A stretch of 64,000 bases of DNA from Nitrospira sp. (GTDB lineage: Bacteria > Nitrospirota > Thermodesulfovibrionia > UBA6902): the NCBI GenBank assembly GCA_016784355.1, contig JADHUV010000001.1, positions 29,860 to 93,859 on the forward strand, read 5' to 3'. Shown one piece after another: positions 1 to 8,359 of the stretch. Below the pieces are notes generated by a model. The model was given only the letters and a program-made list of their open reading frames with translations. It had not been told where the DNA came from and did no database searches. A program made the translations under genes and the position numbers. The stretch's first letter is position 1; each line of letters opens with the position of its first letter.

Positions 1-462
1 TTCTGAGTCTATGATTTGCAGGGACTTGTAAATTTTATAAGCTTTTTTTGCAATTGCAAGCTGTTGGAGCAGTATGATGTAGGAGGGTCTTTTGCTGAAT
101 TCATTCCATATGTCATCATCCTCGGGTTTTGCAGCTTGTAATTCTTTTATATCCTGCTTCGCTGTCTTGATCTGATTAATTATCATAGGACTTTCTGCAA
201 TTGTCATTGAATCAGTCTTTATTTTATCCAGCCATTTTAGAATTTGCTCTTTCTCAAGGTCAGCAATTAGATTCAGATTTTTAAAAGATTTAGATTTCTC
301 TACAGCATAGTCTCCCTTGAAAGCAGTGAAAGGCAGGCCGAATATATTTATTATTTCAATAGACAAAAAGGTCGAGATGAAAAGGATTGAAAAATATACC
401 AGCATCTTTGTTCTGATGTGAGTGAACATGACTTTGTGTCCTGAAGCTGGAGTCTTGCTCAT
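1..462 (-). CDS. Partial CDS (first 154 codons; continues past the left window edge): membrane-anchored protein, possibly a sensor partnered with the upstream binding protein
   Basis: My reverse-strand translation from the ATG at 462 stays open to position 1 (MSKTPASGHKVMFTHIRTKMLVYFSILFISTFLSIEIINIF...). It shows one hydrophobic helix followed by a charged helical region. It is missing from the ORF track because it has no stop inside the window. The function is guessed from context only (same strand, 60 nt downstream of the binding-protein gene). Confidence 0.45.
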   Translation of the reverse strand, partial: MSKTPASGHKVMFTHIRTKMLVYFSILFISTFLSIEIINIFGLPFTAFKGDYAVEKSKSFKNLNLIADLEKEQILKWLDKIKTDSMTIAESPMIINQIKTAKQDIKELQAAKPEDDDIWNEFSKRPSYIILLQQLAIAKKAYKIYKSLQIIDSE

Positions 463-522
463 AGCGCCCTCATTCTAGTTTGTGTAATGTAGATAGCTTT
501 ATAACTTTTCATAGCATGAGTT

Positions 523-1680
523 TTAAATTAGATTGTAATCATATTCATTAATACGGAATCCTGCGGGATCCTTCATGATTTGAATGAGTATGTTTCTATC
601 GAAACTTCTGTGTGCATTTTCCCAGGTGCTTTCTTCCGGAAGTTTGCCAAGGTTTTCAATGAAAATAAACTCTCTGTGAAGTCGTCCGTTTTCTTTATAA
701 TACTCTTCCGGTATAAAAGGGGCCGCGGTTATAGCTGATAATCCATTCTTAATAAGGGCTGCATTTGTAGCTGTTTTTAAAACGGGTGGATAGCCGGAAA
801 ATTTTTGTGAGGTTTTTAACTGCAGTTCACTTGCCTTCAGCAGGTTTTCTTCACTTTCATCCATCCATCTCATCGCCCTTATCTGTGCGGCCGCTATTAA
901 CTGGGCAGCACGAGGGTGTCTTTCAGCAAAGTCTTTTGTCACGTACAGATAAGATGTATTGATGCTTCTATGAATTACATTAAAGTCTTTGTATTTTGTG
1001 AGTGCTATCGTTGGTGTGGGCTCCCAGGCTACAAAGGCATCTATATTGCCGTTTGCAAGGGCATCAGGCATCTCACTTACCTTCATTTTTACAAGGGTCA
1101 CGTCCTTTTCCGTCATATCTGCTGAGGCAAGTGCCAGTAGCAGTGAATAGTGTGCAGATGAACCAAAGGCATTCCCTATCTTTTTCCCCTTAAGCTCATT
1201 TACTGGTATGCTATCGCGGGCTATCAGGGAGGAAAACTGTTGCTTTGCAAGCGAGAGTACTATTACCTTGCCGGTAGCTGCCGCTGCTATCATAGGCATG
1301 TCCCCTGCCAGTGCAATATCCAGCTTGCCATTTTTAAGGAAATAGTTAATATCCCCGCCCTTGAAAAAAGGGTGCGAGCGGAGCTTTAGTCCAAGTGTCG
1401 AGAGTGATTCTTTCAGTATGTTGTCGCGGTTCATAAGCTCACTTATAACGCCTATAGGAACTCCTAATGGCTGGGAACCGAGATCTATAATGTTGTCTTT
1501 AGCTCCAAAATCATATGTGCTGTATAAAGGGTGTGTTGAAAGATCATTTATAGCGGAGCTATGTTGTGTCTCTGTGGTCTCAGTCTTTGTACAGGATATC
1601 GCGGCGAAACATGTAATCAGTGCAATAATAATTCCTAAGGCGGAGGGTTTGTTCATAATATATCTCTTTATAGCGATCAT
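523..1680 (-). CDS. Periplasmic substrate-binding lipoprotein, NMT1/SsuA/TauA-like (nitrate/sulfonate/bicarbonate-type ABC binding-protein family)
   Basis: 385-aa ORF with a lipoprotein-type signal ending ...LITCFAAISC. The overall pattern fits a type-2 periplasmic binding fold. The family assignment is from recall, not a search. No permease or ATPase gene is adjacent. Confidence 0.6.
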   Translation of the reverse strand: MIAIKRYIMNKPSALGIIIALITCFAAISCTKTETTETQHSSAINDLSTHPLYSTYDFGAKDNIIDLGSQPLGVPIGVISELMNRDNILKESLSTLGLKLRSHPFFKGGDINYFLKNGKLDIALAGDMPMIAAAATGKVIVLSLAKQQFSSLIARDSIPVNELKGKKIGNAFGSSAHYSLLLALASADMTEKDVTLVKMKVSEMPDALANGNIDAFVAWEPTPTIALTKYKDFNVIHRSINTSYLYVTKDFAERHPRAAQLIAAAQIRAMRWMDESEENLLKASELQLKTSQKFSGYPPVLKTATNAALIKNGLSAITAAPFIPEEYYKENGRLHREFIFIENLGKLPEESTWENAHRSFDRNILIQIMKDPAGFRINEYDYNLI

Positions 1681-1809
1681 AGATCAATAACATGGATTCT
1701 AATGTTTATATTAATTTAATTCTTTTAAATTCCTGTTATAGCATTATTAGGTAATATCTAATTGGTCCATATGTAAATATAAGTTTGCGAGAGACTGTTT
1801 CTACGCAGG

Positions 1810-2286
1810 CTATTCAGCAAGGACCTCATAAAGTTCTGCTAATTGTTCGGTTATATTCCAGTATTTCTTAAGGAGCAGGGCGGAAATATCTTCGGATAAC
1901 GGGCTTAGGCCGTTTTTTTGGTAGAAGGCCCTTTTCACTGAGGCGTTTTTATCTATATGCACCAGCATGGGAAGTATCGTGAAATGCCTGAAGTAATCCA
2001 GCAGTTCACTTCCTATGCCCCGGCGTCTACTTGCCGGGCGTACACTTAAATGCCGGATCAGCGTATAGCTGTCAATATTCTGAACCCCCATGATCCCTGC
2101 CAGTTCCCCATTATCTTCATATCCCCAGAATATCATACCGGATGCCATTTCAAGGTGAAGGTCATCTGGTGTCATTGGGTCCTTCTCAGGCAATGCTAAA
2201 GGCAGGTTATTCTCAGCCTCAGAATGGCCGTCATTAAGTATCTCCAAAATTGCATGAAAATCATGATCATTGCATTGTCTTACCAT
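1810..2286 (-). CDS. GNAT-family N-acetyltransferase
   Basis: 158 aa. The acetyl-CoA binding motif A, RPASRRRGIGSELL (R/Q-x-x-G-x-G/A), sits in the expected position after a beta-strand core. Confidence 0.75.
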   Translation of the reverse strand: MVRQCNDHDFHAILEILNDGHSEAENNLPLALPEKDPMTPDDLHLEMASGMIFWGYEDNGELAGIMGVQNIDSYTLIRHLSVRPASRRRGIGSELLDYFRHFTILPMLVHIDKNASVKRAFYQKNGLSPLSEDISALLLKKYWNITEQLAELYEVLAE

Positions 2287-2352
2287 AGGGTGGCTAATAT
2301 CCCGTGGTATGTTTTCATTGTCAAGAGAGTGCTGCGGGTGGGAATAGACTGA

Positions 2353-3570
2353 TTATTCGTTATTGAATTTTCTAAATACAAGAACTGCATTCAGTCCTCC
2401 AAAGGCAAAGGAATTGCTTAATGCAGTATTGATTGTCATAGGACGGGCGGAGTTTGGAACAAAGTCAAGTTCACACTCTGGGTCTTTATCCAGGAAATTG
2501 ATAGTTGGCAGTGCGGTCTGTTCACGTATGGCAATAATAGTTGCTATTGATTCAAGTGCTGCCGCTGCTCCGAGTGCATGTCCATGCATTGATTTAGTGG
2601 AAGATACTGCGATTTTTTTTGCATGTGCTCCAAATACGGTATTTATCGCTTTTGATTCTGAAGAGTCATTTTGCTTGGTACCTGTTCCGTGGGCATTGAT
2701 ATAGTCTACGGCTTCCGGGGATATCCCTGCATCAGCAAGTGCGAGCTTTATTGCGCGTCCTGCCCCTGCAGGATCGGGCTGCAGCATATCATGAGCATCA
2801 GAACTCATGCCCAGACCGCTTAGCTCAGCATAAATTCTTGCCCCGCGGGCCAGGGCGTGATCCAGCGTTTCAAGTATGATGGTTCCGGCTCCCTCGCCTA
2901 ATACCATGCCGCCTCTCTGCAGTGAAAATGGTCTGCATGCTGTGCTGTCCATGACCCTCAGACCTTCCCAGGCCTTTAAGGTTGCAAAAGTAATCTGGGC
3001 CTCTGAACCTCCTGTGACAGCAACGTCTGCTATGCCTGAACGGAGCATAAGCAGGGCCATGCCAATGGCATGGCTGGATGAGGAACACGCAGAAGTTGTC
3101 GAGAATGAGGGGCCGGTGATGCCGAGATCAATGCTTACCCAGCTTGCACCGGAACTTGGTATTAATTTGGGAATAGTGAAGGGATGTAAGCGTTTTGCCC
3201 CTTCCGTAAACAGCTTGCGGTAACCGCTTTCCTGAGTACGTTGTCCGCCAATCCCTGTACCTTGAACTACAGCGGTACGCTCGGAGGTTTTTTTATCAAT
3301 TTCCAGTCCAGCATCCTTGACGGCCTCACGTGAGGCGAGGATATTAAACTGGGCATAGCGGTCTATCTTTTTAATCTGCTGCTCGGAAAAGTGATTGCGC
3401 TCATCGTAGTCTTTGACCTCAGCTGCGATCTTGACACGGAATTCACTGGTATCCAGAAGCGTAATGGGGGCAATGCCGCATTGGCCTGCAAGCAAGGCCT
3501 CGGAAAACTCTGCACAATTATGCCCGAGCGATGATATGCAGCCTATACCTGTTACAACAATACGCTTCAA
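2353..3570 (-). CDS. Beta-ketoacyl-ACP synthase II-type condensing enzyme (FabF-like)
   Basis: 405 aa. Cys-His-His triad contexts are present: TTSACSSSSHAIG, INAHGTGT and SMHGHALGAAA, with the C-terminal NSFAFGGLNAVLVF. The TTG start overlaps the ACP stop codon (TTGA). Confidence 0.9.
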   Translation of the reverse strand: MKRIVVTGIGCISSLGHNCAEFSEALLAGQCGIAPITLLDTSEFRVKIAAEVKDYDERNHFSEQQIKKIDRYAQFNILASREAVKDAGLEIDKKTSERTAVVQGTGIGGQRTQESGYRKLFTEGAKRLHPFTIPKLIPSSGASWVSIDLGITGPSFSTTSACSSSSHAIGMALLMLRSGIADVAVTGGSEAQITFATLKAWEGLRVMDSTACRPFSLQRGGMVLGEGAGTIILETLDHALARGARIYAELSGLGMSSDAHDMLQPDPAGAGRAIKLALADAGISPEAVDYINAHGTGTKQNDSSESKAINTVFGAHAKKIAVSSTKSMHGHALGAAAALESIATIIAIREQTALPTINFLDKDPECELDFVPNSARPMTINTALSNSFAFGGLNAVLVFRKFNNE

Positions 3571-3836
3571 GAGTCTTCGTCCTGTTCCCTGATCATATCT
3601 TTTACTACCCGGATGACATCGGCAGCGGTCTTAAACTGCTGATTATGTCCTGTGCTGAAATCCGGATCCGGGATACTTATATCAAACCGTTCTTCAAGAT
3701 CAAAGATTAATTCTACCATCTTTAAGGAGTCCAGTCCGGTCATTTCCATTGAAGTATCCGGCGTAATTGATCCTTTTTCAGCTTCAGCATGTTTTGCCAT
3801 AATATCCAGAACATCATGGCTTACTGAATCGTCCAT
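3567..3836 (-). CDS. Acyl carrier protein (specialised, not the housekeeping AcpP type)
   Basis: 89-aa acidic protein with the phosphopantetheine attachment motif GLDSLKMVELI. It is translationally coupled to the KAS gene. Confidence 0.8.
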   Translation of the reverse strand: MDDSVSHDVLDIMAKHAEAEKGSITPDTSMEMTGLDSLKMVELIFDLEERFDISIPDPDFSTGHNQQFKTAADVIRVVKDMIREQDEDS

Positions 3837-3964
3837 CCAAATCCTCCAGGGTTATACATTTTTTTCAATCATATAATTATACATGAGAAATTAGAAAAGG
3901 GGTGGGATTGCCGAGGATGCTGAAATCTTTTCCCGGCTTCACTGGAGACATGTATTCACTTCAT

Positions 3965-4747
3965 CTAGTGATTAGTATCAATAAACTTTTTCAGGAGATC
4001 GGCATAGGTAGGATCGAGTGTGGTGAGAATGTCCAGTTCTTTCATTGCAGACACTTTGTCCTTCAGTTTTAAGTAGTTGAATCCCAGATGGAAGTGAGCC
4101 ATAACGCTTTCAGGACTGACCGTGACGGCTTGCTGAAATGCCTTCACGGCTTCTGCAGGCTTATGCATTAATTCATATGTAATGCCGAGCCCGATGTTTA
4201 AGTTGATATCATCTGGATTGAGCAGTAAAGCACCGGCAAATGTATGCAGTGCCTCATTATGCATGCCCATGGTTACAAAGTGTTTTCCCAGGCGGTAGTT
4301 AGCCTTTGCATGTGAGGGATCAAGCTCGAGCACTTTTTTATATGCCCTGAGGGAATCTTCAACATTTTCAAGCATCTCATGACTTACCCCTAGCCTGTGA
4401 AGGACATCAGGATTGTTAGGGGTATTTTGAAGAATTATGTTATATTGGATGACTGATTCAGTATAATTGCCCAGACCTTCATACGCCCTGCCGAGGCCAT
4501 AACGCGCCTCAGTATTTTCAGGGTCAGCATCGAGCGCATTACTGAACGCGAGCATCGCAGCGAGATATTTTCCTGTCTCAAGGTTGGCCTGCCCGTGTTT
4601 ATTTAGTTCCACCGGGTCATTAATTGCCCTTGATTTTGTCTCGCTATGCTCAGTCGCCCAGGTACCTTTAGGCATAAAGATTAAGGTAGTGGCCAGTAAT
4701 ATTGATAGTATGTAAGTAGAAAATTTCATTGTAATCGGCTCCATCAC
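3965..4747 (-). CDS. Secreted or anchored tetratricopeptide-repeat (TPR) protein
   Basis: 260 aa. An N-terminal hydrophobic signal (FSTYILSILLATTLIF) is followed by about six 34-residue TPR-like units, e.g. ARYGLGRAYEGLGNYTESVIQY and ANYRLGKHFVTMGMHNEAL. Confidence 0.8.
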   Translation of the reverse strand: MMEPITMKFSTYILSILLATTLIFMPKGTWATEHSETKSRAINDPVELNKHGQANLETGKYLAAMLAFSNALDADPENTEARYGLGRAYEGLGNYTESVIQYNIILQNTPNNPDVLHRLGVSHEMLENVEDSLRAYKKVLELDPSHAKANYRLGKHFVTMGMHNEALHTFAGALLLNPDDINLNIGLGITYELMHKPAEAVKAFQQAVTVSPESVMAHFHLGFNYLKLKDKVSAMKELDILTTLDPTYADLLKKFIDTNH

Positions 4748-4908
4748 TTTTTTAAAAGATTAACACATTTCTATTAATTCTAAAAAGGATGATAAGCGTG
4801 TCATTGCATTTTAATGTATAATATTTATGGCAGAGGGTTGGATTCCTAAGATTAAATGGTGCAAAGGTCCGCACCGACTATTTGAAAATAATAAAATAAG
4901 GAGTATAT

Positions 4909-5868
4909 ATGAGGTCGTTTGGTTCAAATTCTCGTCGTGGGCAGGCACGACCGCAGCAGCAGCGTTCGCAGATGCCGGCGCGTAAAGTTGTTTCACCTGA
5001 GGAAAAAAAGTTTATTGCCGGTACAGCAGTAAATCCGCATGAGCGTATTGTTTTAGAGAAGGGTAGTGATGATATATCTGTCCGTGCGCTTGATCTTATC
5101 TGTCCTATAGGAATGGGTCAGCGTGCTTTAGTCGTATCCTCGCCCGGGTTGGGCAAAACGACATTTATAAAGAATATCTGTAATGCGGTGACAAACGGGT
5201 ATCCTGATATGAAGGTGTATTGTGTACTTGTTGATGAGCGTCCCGAAGAGGTGACTGATTTCACGCGCAGTGTAGATGCTCAGGTATTTTCCTCGTCCAT
5301 TGATGAAACTCATGAAAATCATATCAAGCTTGTCGATAAAGTTATCGCCCAATCCTTTAAGGAGGCAGCTGCGGGGCATAATGTCATGATACTTCTTGAT
5401 TCACTTACGCGTCTGGCACGGGTGCACAACTCGCAGCATCAGGGTAGAGGACGTACGATGTCCGGAGGAGTGGGTGCAGGTGCACTTGAGGTGCCGCGCC
5501 GTATTTTTGGTACCGCCCGTACTGTAGAGGGTATGGGTTCTATAACTATTCTTGCGACGATCCTGGTCGATACTGGCAGTGCTATGGATAATGTCATATT
5601 TGAGGAGTTTAAAGGCACCGGTAATATGGATCTAGTACTCGCAAAAGATCTGGCTGAACTCAGGGTGTTTCCTGCCATAGATGTCTCAAAGAGCGGTACC
5701 CGCCGAGCAGAGCTTTTGTTTGATCCAGAAGAATATAAGTGCCGTGAGTTATTGCTTCGGGGTATGGCCTCGATGAAGAATCTTCATTCTATGGAAAAGC
5801 TGATTCAGATGCTTGAGAAATTTCCTACTAATAGCGAGCTTTTAGAGTCGTTTAAGGTTAAGTCATAG
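4909..5868 (+). CDS. rho: Rho-family transcription termination ATPase lacking the N-terminal (primary RNA-binding, OB-fold) domain
   Basis: 319 aa that align by eye to E. coli Rho from about residue 125 to the C-terminus. Conserved motifs present: Walker A SPGLGKT, LVDERPEEVT, Walker B VMILLDSLTRLARV, MSGGVGAGALEVPRRIFGTAR, EEFKGTGNMDL, RVFPAID and SGTRR. AAGGAG lies 5 nt upstream of the ATG and in-frame stops lie just upstream, so no hidden N-terminal extension exists. Confidence 0.85.
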   Translation: MRSFGSNSRRGQARPQQQRSQMPARKVVSPEEKKFIAGTAVNPHERIVLEKGSDDISVRALDLICPIGMGQRALVVSSPGLGKTTFIKNICNAVTNGYPDMKVYCVLVDERPEEVTDFTRSVDAQVFSSSIDETHENHIKLVDKVIAQSFKEAAAGHNVMILLDSLTRLARVHNSQHQGRGRTMSGGVGAGALEVPRRIFGTARTVEGMGSITILATILVDTGSAMDNVIFEEFKGTGNMDLVLAKDLAELRVFPAIDVSKSGTRRAELLFDPEEYKCRELLLRGMASMKNLHSMEKLIQMLEKFPTNSELLESFKVKS

Positions 5869-5961
5869 GAATGCATTGAAACAAGTCCTGGTTTCCTGTT
5901 ATTTAGGCGCCTTTACTCCATCTTTTCCATCAAGATTACTTTTTTGAGGCAATAAGTAATA

Positions 5962-5990
5962 TTGACAGCGCACCTCATAGATGCTAAATA
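5962..5990 (+). promoter_or_regulatory. Candidate sigma-70-type promoter upstream of the PEP-CTERM gene
   Basis: TTGACA (5962-5967), a 17-nt spacer, then TAAATA (5985-5990), about 158 nt upstream of the ATG at 6148. This is a pattern match only. Confidence 0.3.
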
Positions 5991-6147
5991 AATATAACTA
6001 GTACGACTAAAAAAAGAACTACAAAGAATAAAGGGAGGATTAAATGTACCAATGGTTCAGATAAGCTTTCCTTATAAAATAATGATTAAGCAAAATGAAA
6101 GTTTACATAGGCATTCTTTATTTCGAAGATCTCAATAAAAGGAGAAA

Positions 6148-6795
6148 ATGAAGAAAAAACTTTTTGTAGGTTTGGTATTAGGATTATTTTTTATTGCTAT
6201 GACTGAAATGGTAAATGCCAATGTCTTGACGTTTGACGACATTTCTTTTCCTGGTGATACCGGGCAAATACCTGATTCCTACGTAGGGCTTACCTGGTCT
6301 TCTGCATGGAGAGTAAACGATCAAATTGGGTTTAGCGCTGGCCAGGGATTTATGTTTGGTGCTGTTTCGGGGTCTCAAACTGTATTTAATGGGTGGGGTG
6401 CTGATGTAACGATAGTCAGCAATGATGAGTTCATATTCAAAGGGGCTTACTTAACATCTGCCTATAACAAAGATTTGAATATTCAGATCATAGGAAAAAA
6501 CAATGGTGTTACCTTGTATGATACCAGCATTATCGCCCCTGTTCCTCAAACTGAACTAGCTGCTTTTTCTGCAAAATGGTTTCAATTCGATTATTCAGGC
6601 ATAGATGAATTGCAATTTTCATCATTCGGGGGTACTGCTGGTACGGATGTTTTTGGAAATTTAAATCCGAGTAACACTCATTTTGTAATGGATAATTTTA
6701 TATACGTACCAGTCCCTGAGCCAGCAACAGTGCTTCTCTTGGGTGCAGGCCTTGCAGGTCTGGTTTGTGCACGAATCAAAAGAAAGGAAAAGTAG
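6148..6795 (+). CDS. PEP-CTERM sorting-domain protein (predicted exosortase substrate)
   Basis: 215 aa with an N-terminal signal peptide (LFVGLVLGLFFIAMTEMVNA). The C-terminus, VPVPEPATVLLLGAGLAGLVCARIKRKEK, is a PEP motif plus a TM helix plus a basic tail. AGGAG lies upstream of the start. Confidence 0.85.
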   Translation: MKKKLFVGLVLGLFFIAMTEMVNANVLTFDDISFPGDTGQIPDSYVGLTWSSAWRVNDQIGFSAGQGFMFGAVSGSQTVFNGWGADVTIVSNDEFIFKGAYLTSAYNKDLNIQIIGKNNGVTLYDTSIIAPVPQTELAAFSAKWFQFDYSGIDELQFSSFGGTAGTDVFGNLNPSNTHFVMDNFIYVPVPEPATVLLLGAGLAGLVCARIKRKEK

Positions 6796-6805
6796 TCAGT
6801 ATTGT

Positions 6806-6940
6806 TTATAGCCCTATAATAAAGTTCTCAATTGCTGCAGTTCCATCGATCAGGTTTATATTTCCATTAAGAATTGATATGCCATGTAAGTTTTCCTGTG
6901 ATCAGTTATAACCTACAGATACAGGGTCTTGAATCTATAG
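6806..6940 (-). pseudogene. Relic copy of the 3' end of the 1015-aa surface-protein gene (8360..11407)
   Basis: The DNA at 6806-6940 aligns with 8360-8500. The last 25 codons still read GISILNGNINLIDGTAAIENFIIGL*, versus GRSILNGDINLINGTAVIENFIIGQ* in the intact gene. There is no upstream ORF or start codon. Confidence 0.65.
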
Positions 6941-7150
6941 CTATACTTACGACGATCCTGATCGATACCGGCAGTGCTATGGATAATGTCATCTTTAAGG
7001 AGTTCAAAGGCATCGGTAATATGTATACTGGTGTTCGCAAAAGATCTGCCTGAGCTCAGGGTGTTTCCGGCCATATATGTTTCAAAGAGCCGTACATGTC
7101 GTGCAGAGCTTTTGTATGATCCTGCAGAGTATAAGCGATGGTACTTATTA
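6941..7150 (+). pseudogene. Frameshifted relic copy of the rho 3' portion (matches about 5545-5760)
   Basis: About 210 bp clearly align to the intact rho (I judged roughly 80 percent identity by eye). The reading gives ..TILIDTGSAMDNVIFKEFKGIGNM, then a 1-nt insertion, then ..AKDLPELRVFPAIYVSKSRTCRAELLYDPAEYK. There is no start codon and no ATPase core. Confidence 0.8.
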
Positions 7151-7370
7151 TGTATTAATAATATGAGTGAGTTGCTGTACACTGTTGACATCGGATCTCA
7201 AAGGCTATTGCTTTGTTATCATTCATGGAACTCGGCACTGAAATTTGCGTTCTGCGGGATAGTTATAGACAGGTCGAAATGTAATAGTATATATTAGTTG
7301 AAAATGAAAACTATATACAGGGGCTGGTTTGGTGATTTGAATTAACCAAATTGCTTTTATATTTTATAAC

Positions 7371-8219
7371 ATGCAAATAGAGAGGTTTTTTGATATGAGT
7401 GACTATTTAGGGACGTTCTGGAAAGACCATTCGGAAATGATTTTATCAGTAAGCTATAACGCATTACTTGTCATTATCGTTCTCTTTGCAAGTAATTTTA
7501 TTGCAAAAGCATTTCATCGTTGGATACGCAAGACCAATGATCATTTTGAGAGGTTTGATGAAACCCTGGTTCCAATTTTATGCACAGCAGCGTCTGCAGC
7601 TGTATATGCTCTCGGATTTGTCATTATTCTTGATTTTTTTGGTGTAAATACTACCAGTATTATTGCACTGCTGGGTGCGGCGGGACTGGCTATTGCTTTA
7701 GCTCTTAAGGATACTCTCAGCAATATTGCTGCAGGAATGATGCTGCTTATTCTCAGACCGTTTCGTACTGGACACTTCATTGAATGTGGCTCTATTATGG
7801 GTACAGTACTGGAAGTAGGGCTGTTCACTACCATCTTTAAAACACCTGATGGGCTTTACATCTCCTCACCTAACAGCAGTTTATGGGGCGCTCCAATAAA
7901 AAATTTTACAAAAAATGGTACCCGACGCATGGACCTGATTGTGGGGATTTCATACACTGATTCTATTGATACCGGATTTGAAGCATTACAGAATATTATA
8001 AATAATGAAGCTCGCTTTCTGCTTGATCCAGCTCCCAAAATAATGGTGCAGGCAATGGCCGACAGTTCGGTAAATCTGCAATTGCGCGCATGGACTAGCA
8101 TAGATGATTATTGGAATGTCTATTGGGATAACAATAAGAATATAAAAGAACAGATTGAAGCAGCGGGCCTGACTATACCTTTTCCTCAAAGAGATGTCCA
8201 TATTTTTAATGAAAAGTAA
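7371..8219 (+). CDS. Small-conductance mechanosensitive channel, MscS family
   Basis: 282 aa with three N-terminal TM helices. The pore-helix and beta-domain signature GLAIALALKDTLSNIAAGMMLLILRPFRTGHFIECGSIMGTVLEVGLFTTIFKTPDGLYISSPNS closely parallels E. coli MscS. Confidence 0.85.
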   Translation: MQIERFFDMSDYLGTFWKDHSEMILSVSYNALLVIIVLFASNFIAKAFHRWIRKTNDHFERFDETLVPILCTAASAAVYALGFVIILDFFGVNTTSIIALLGAAGLAIALALKDTLSNIAAGMMLLILRPFRTGHFIECGSIMGTVLEVGLFTTIFKTPDGLYISSPNSSLWGAPIKNFTKNGTRRMDLIVGISYTDSIDTGFEALQNIINNEARFLLDPAPKIMVQAMADSSVNLQLRAWTSIDDYWNVYWDNNKNIKEQIEAAGLTIPFPQRDVHIFNEK

Positions 8220-8359
8220 GGATAAGTTTCTTTCATAATCTAGATAAATAGGTATACATAGTCGAACCGGGCATTACTCTGAATGCATGCAGACAACCTT
8301 TTTTCATAGAACTTTTTTTCATGAACTGCCGGCGACAAATATCCCAACCGTTTATTAGT

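Noticed and set aside
6044-6064. A six-codon mini-ORF (MYQWFR) with a strong GGGAGG SD in the leader of the PEP-CTERM gene, considered as a possible leader peptide or attenuator.
   Set aside because: I could not find an associated terminator/antiterminator structure. It is too short to evaluate, and chance occurrence in AT-rich leader DNA is plausible.
6913-7297. ORF-track entries 6913..7191 (-) and 6974..7297 (+) as possible small genes.
   Set aside because: Both merely read through the frameshifted rho 3' relic. The plus ORF reproduces ...AKDLPELRVFPAIYVSKSRTCRAELLYDPAEYK only after the frameshift. There is no SD and no independent domain. I treat them as pseudogene sequence, not genes.
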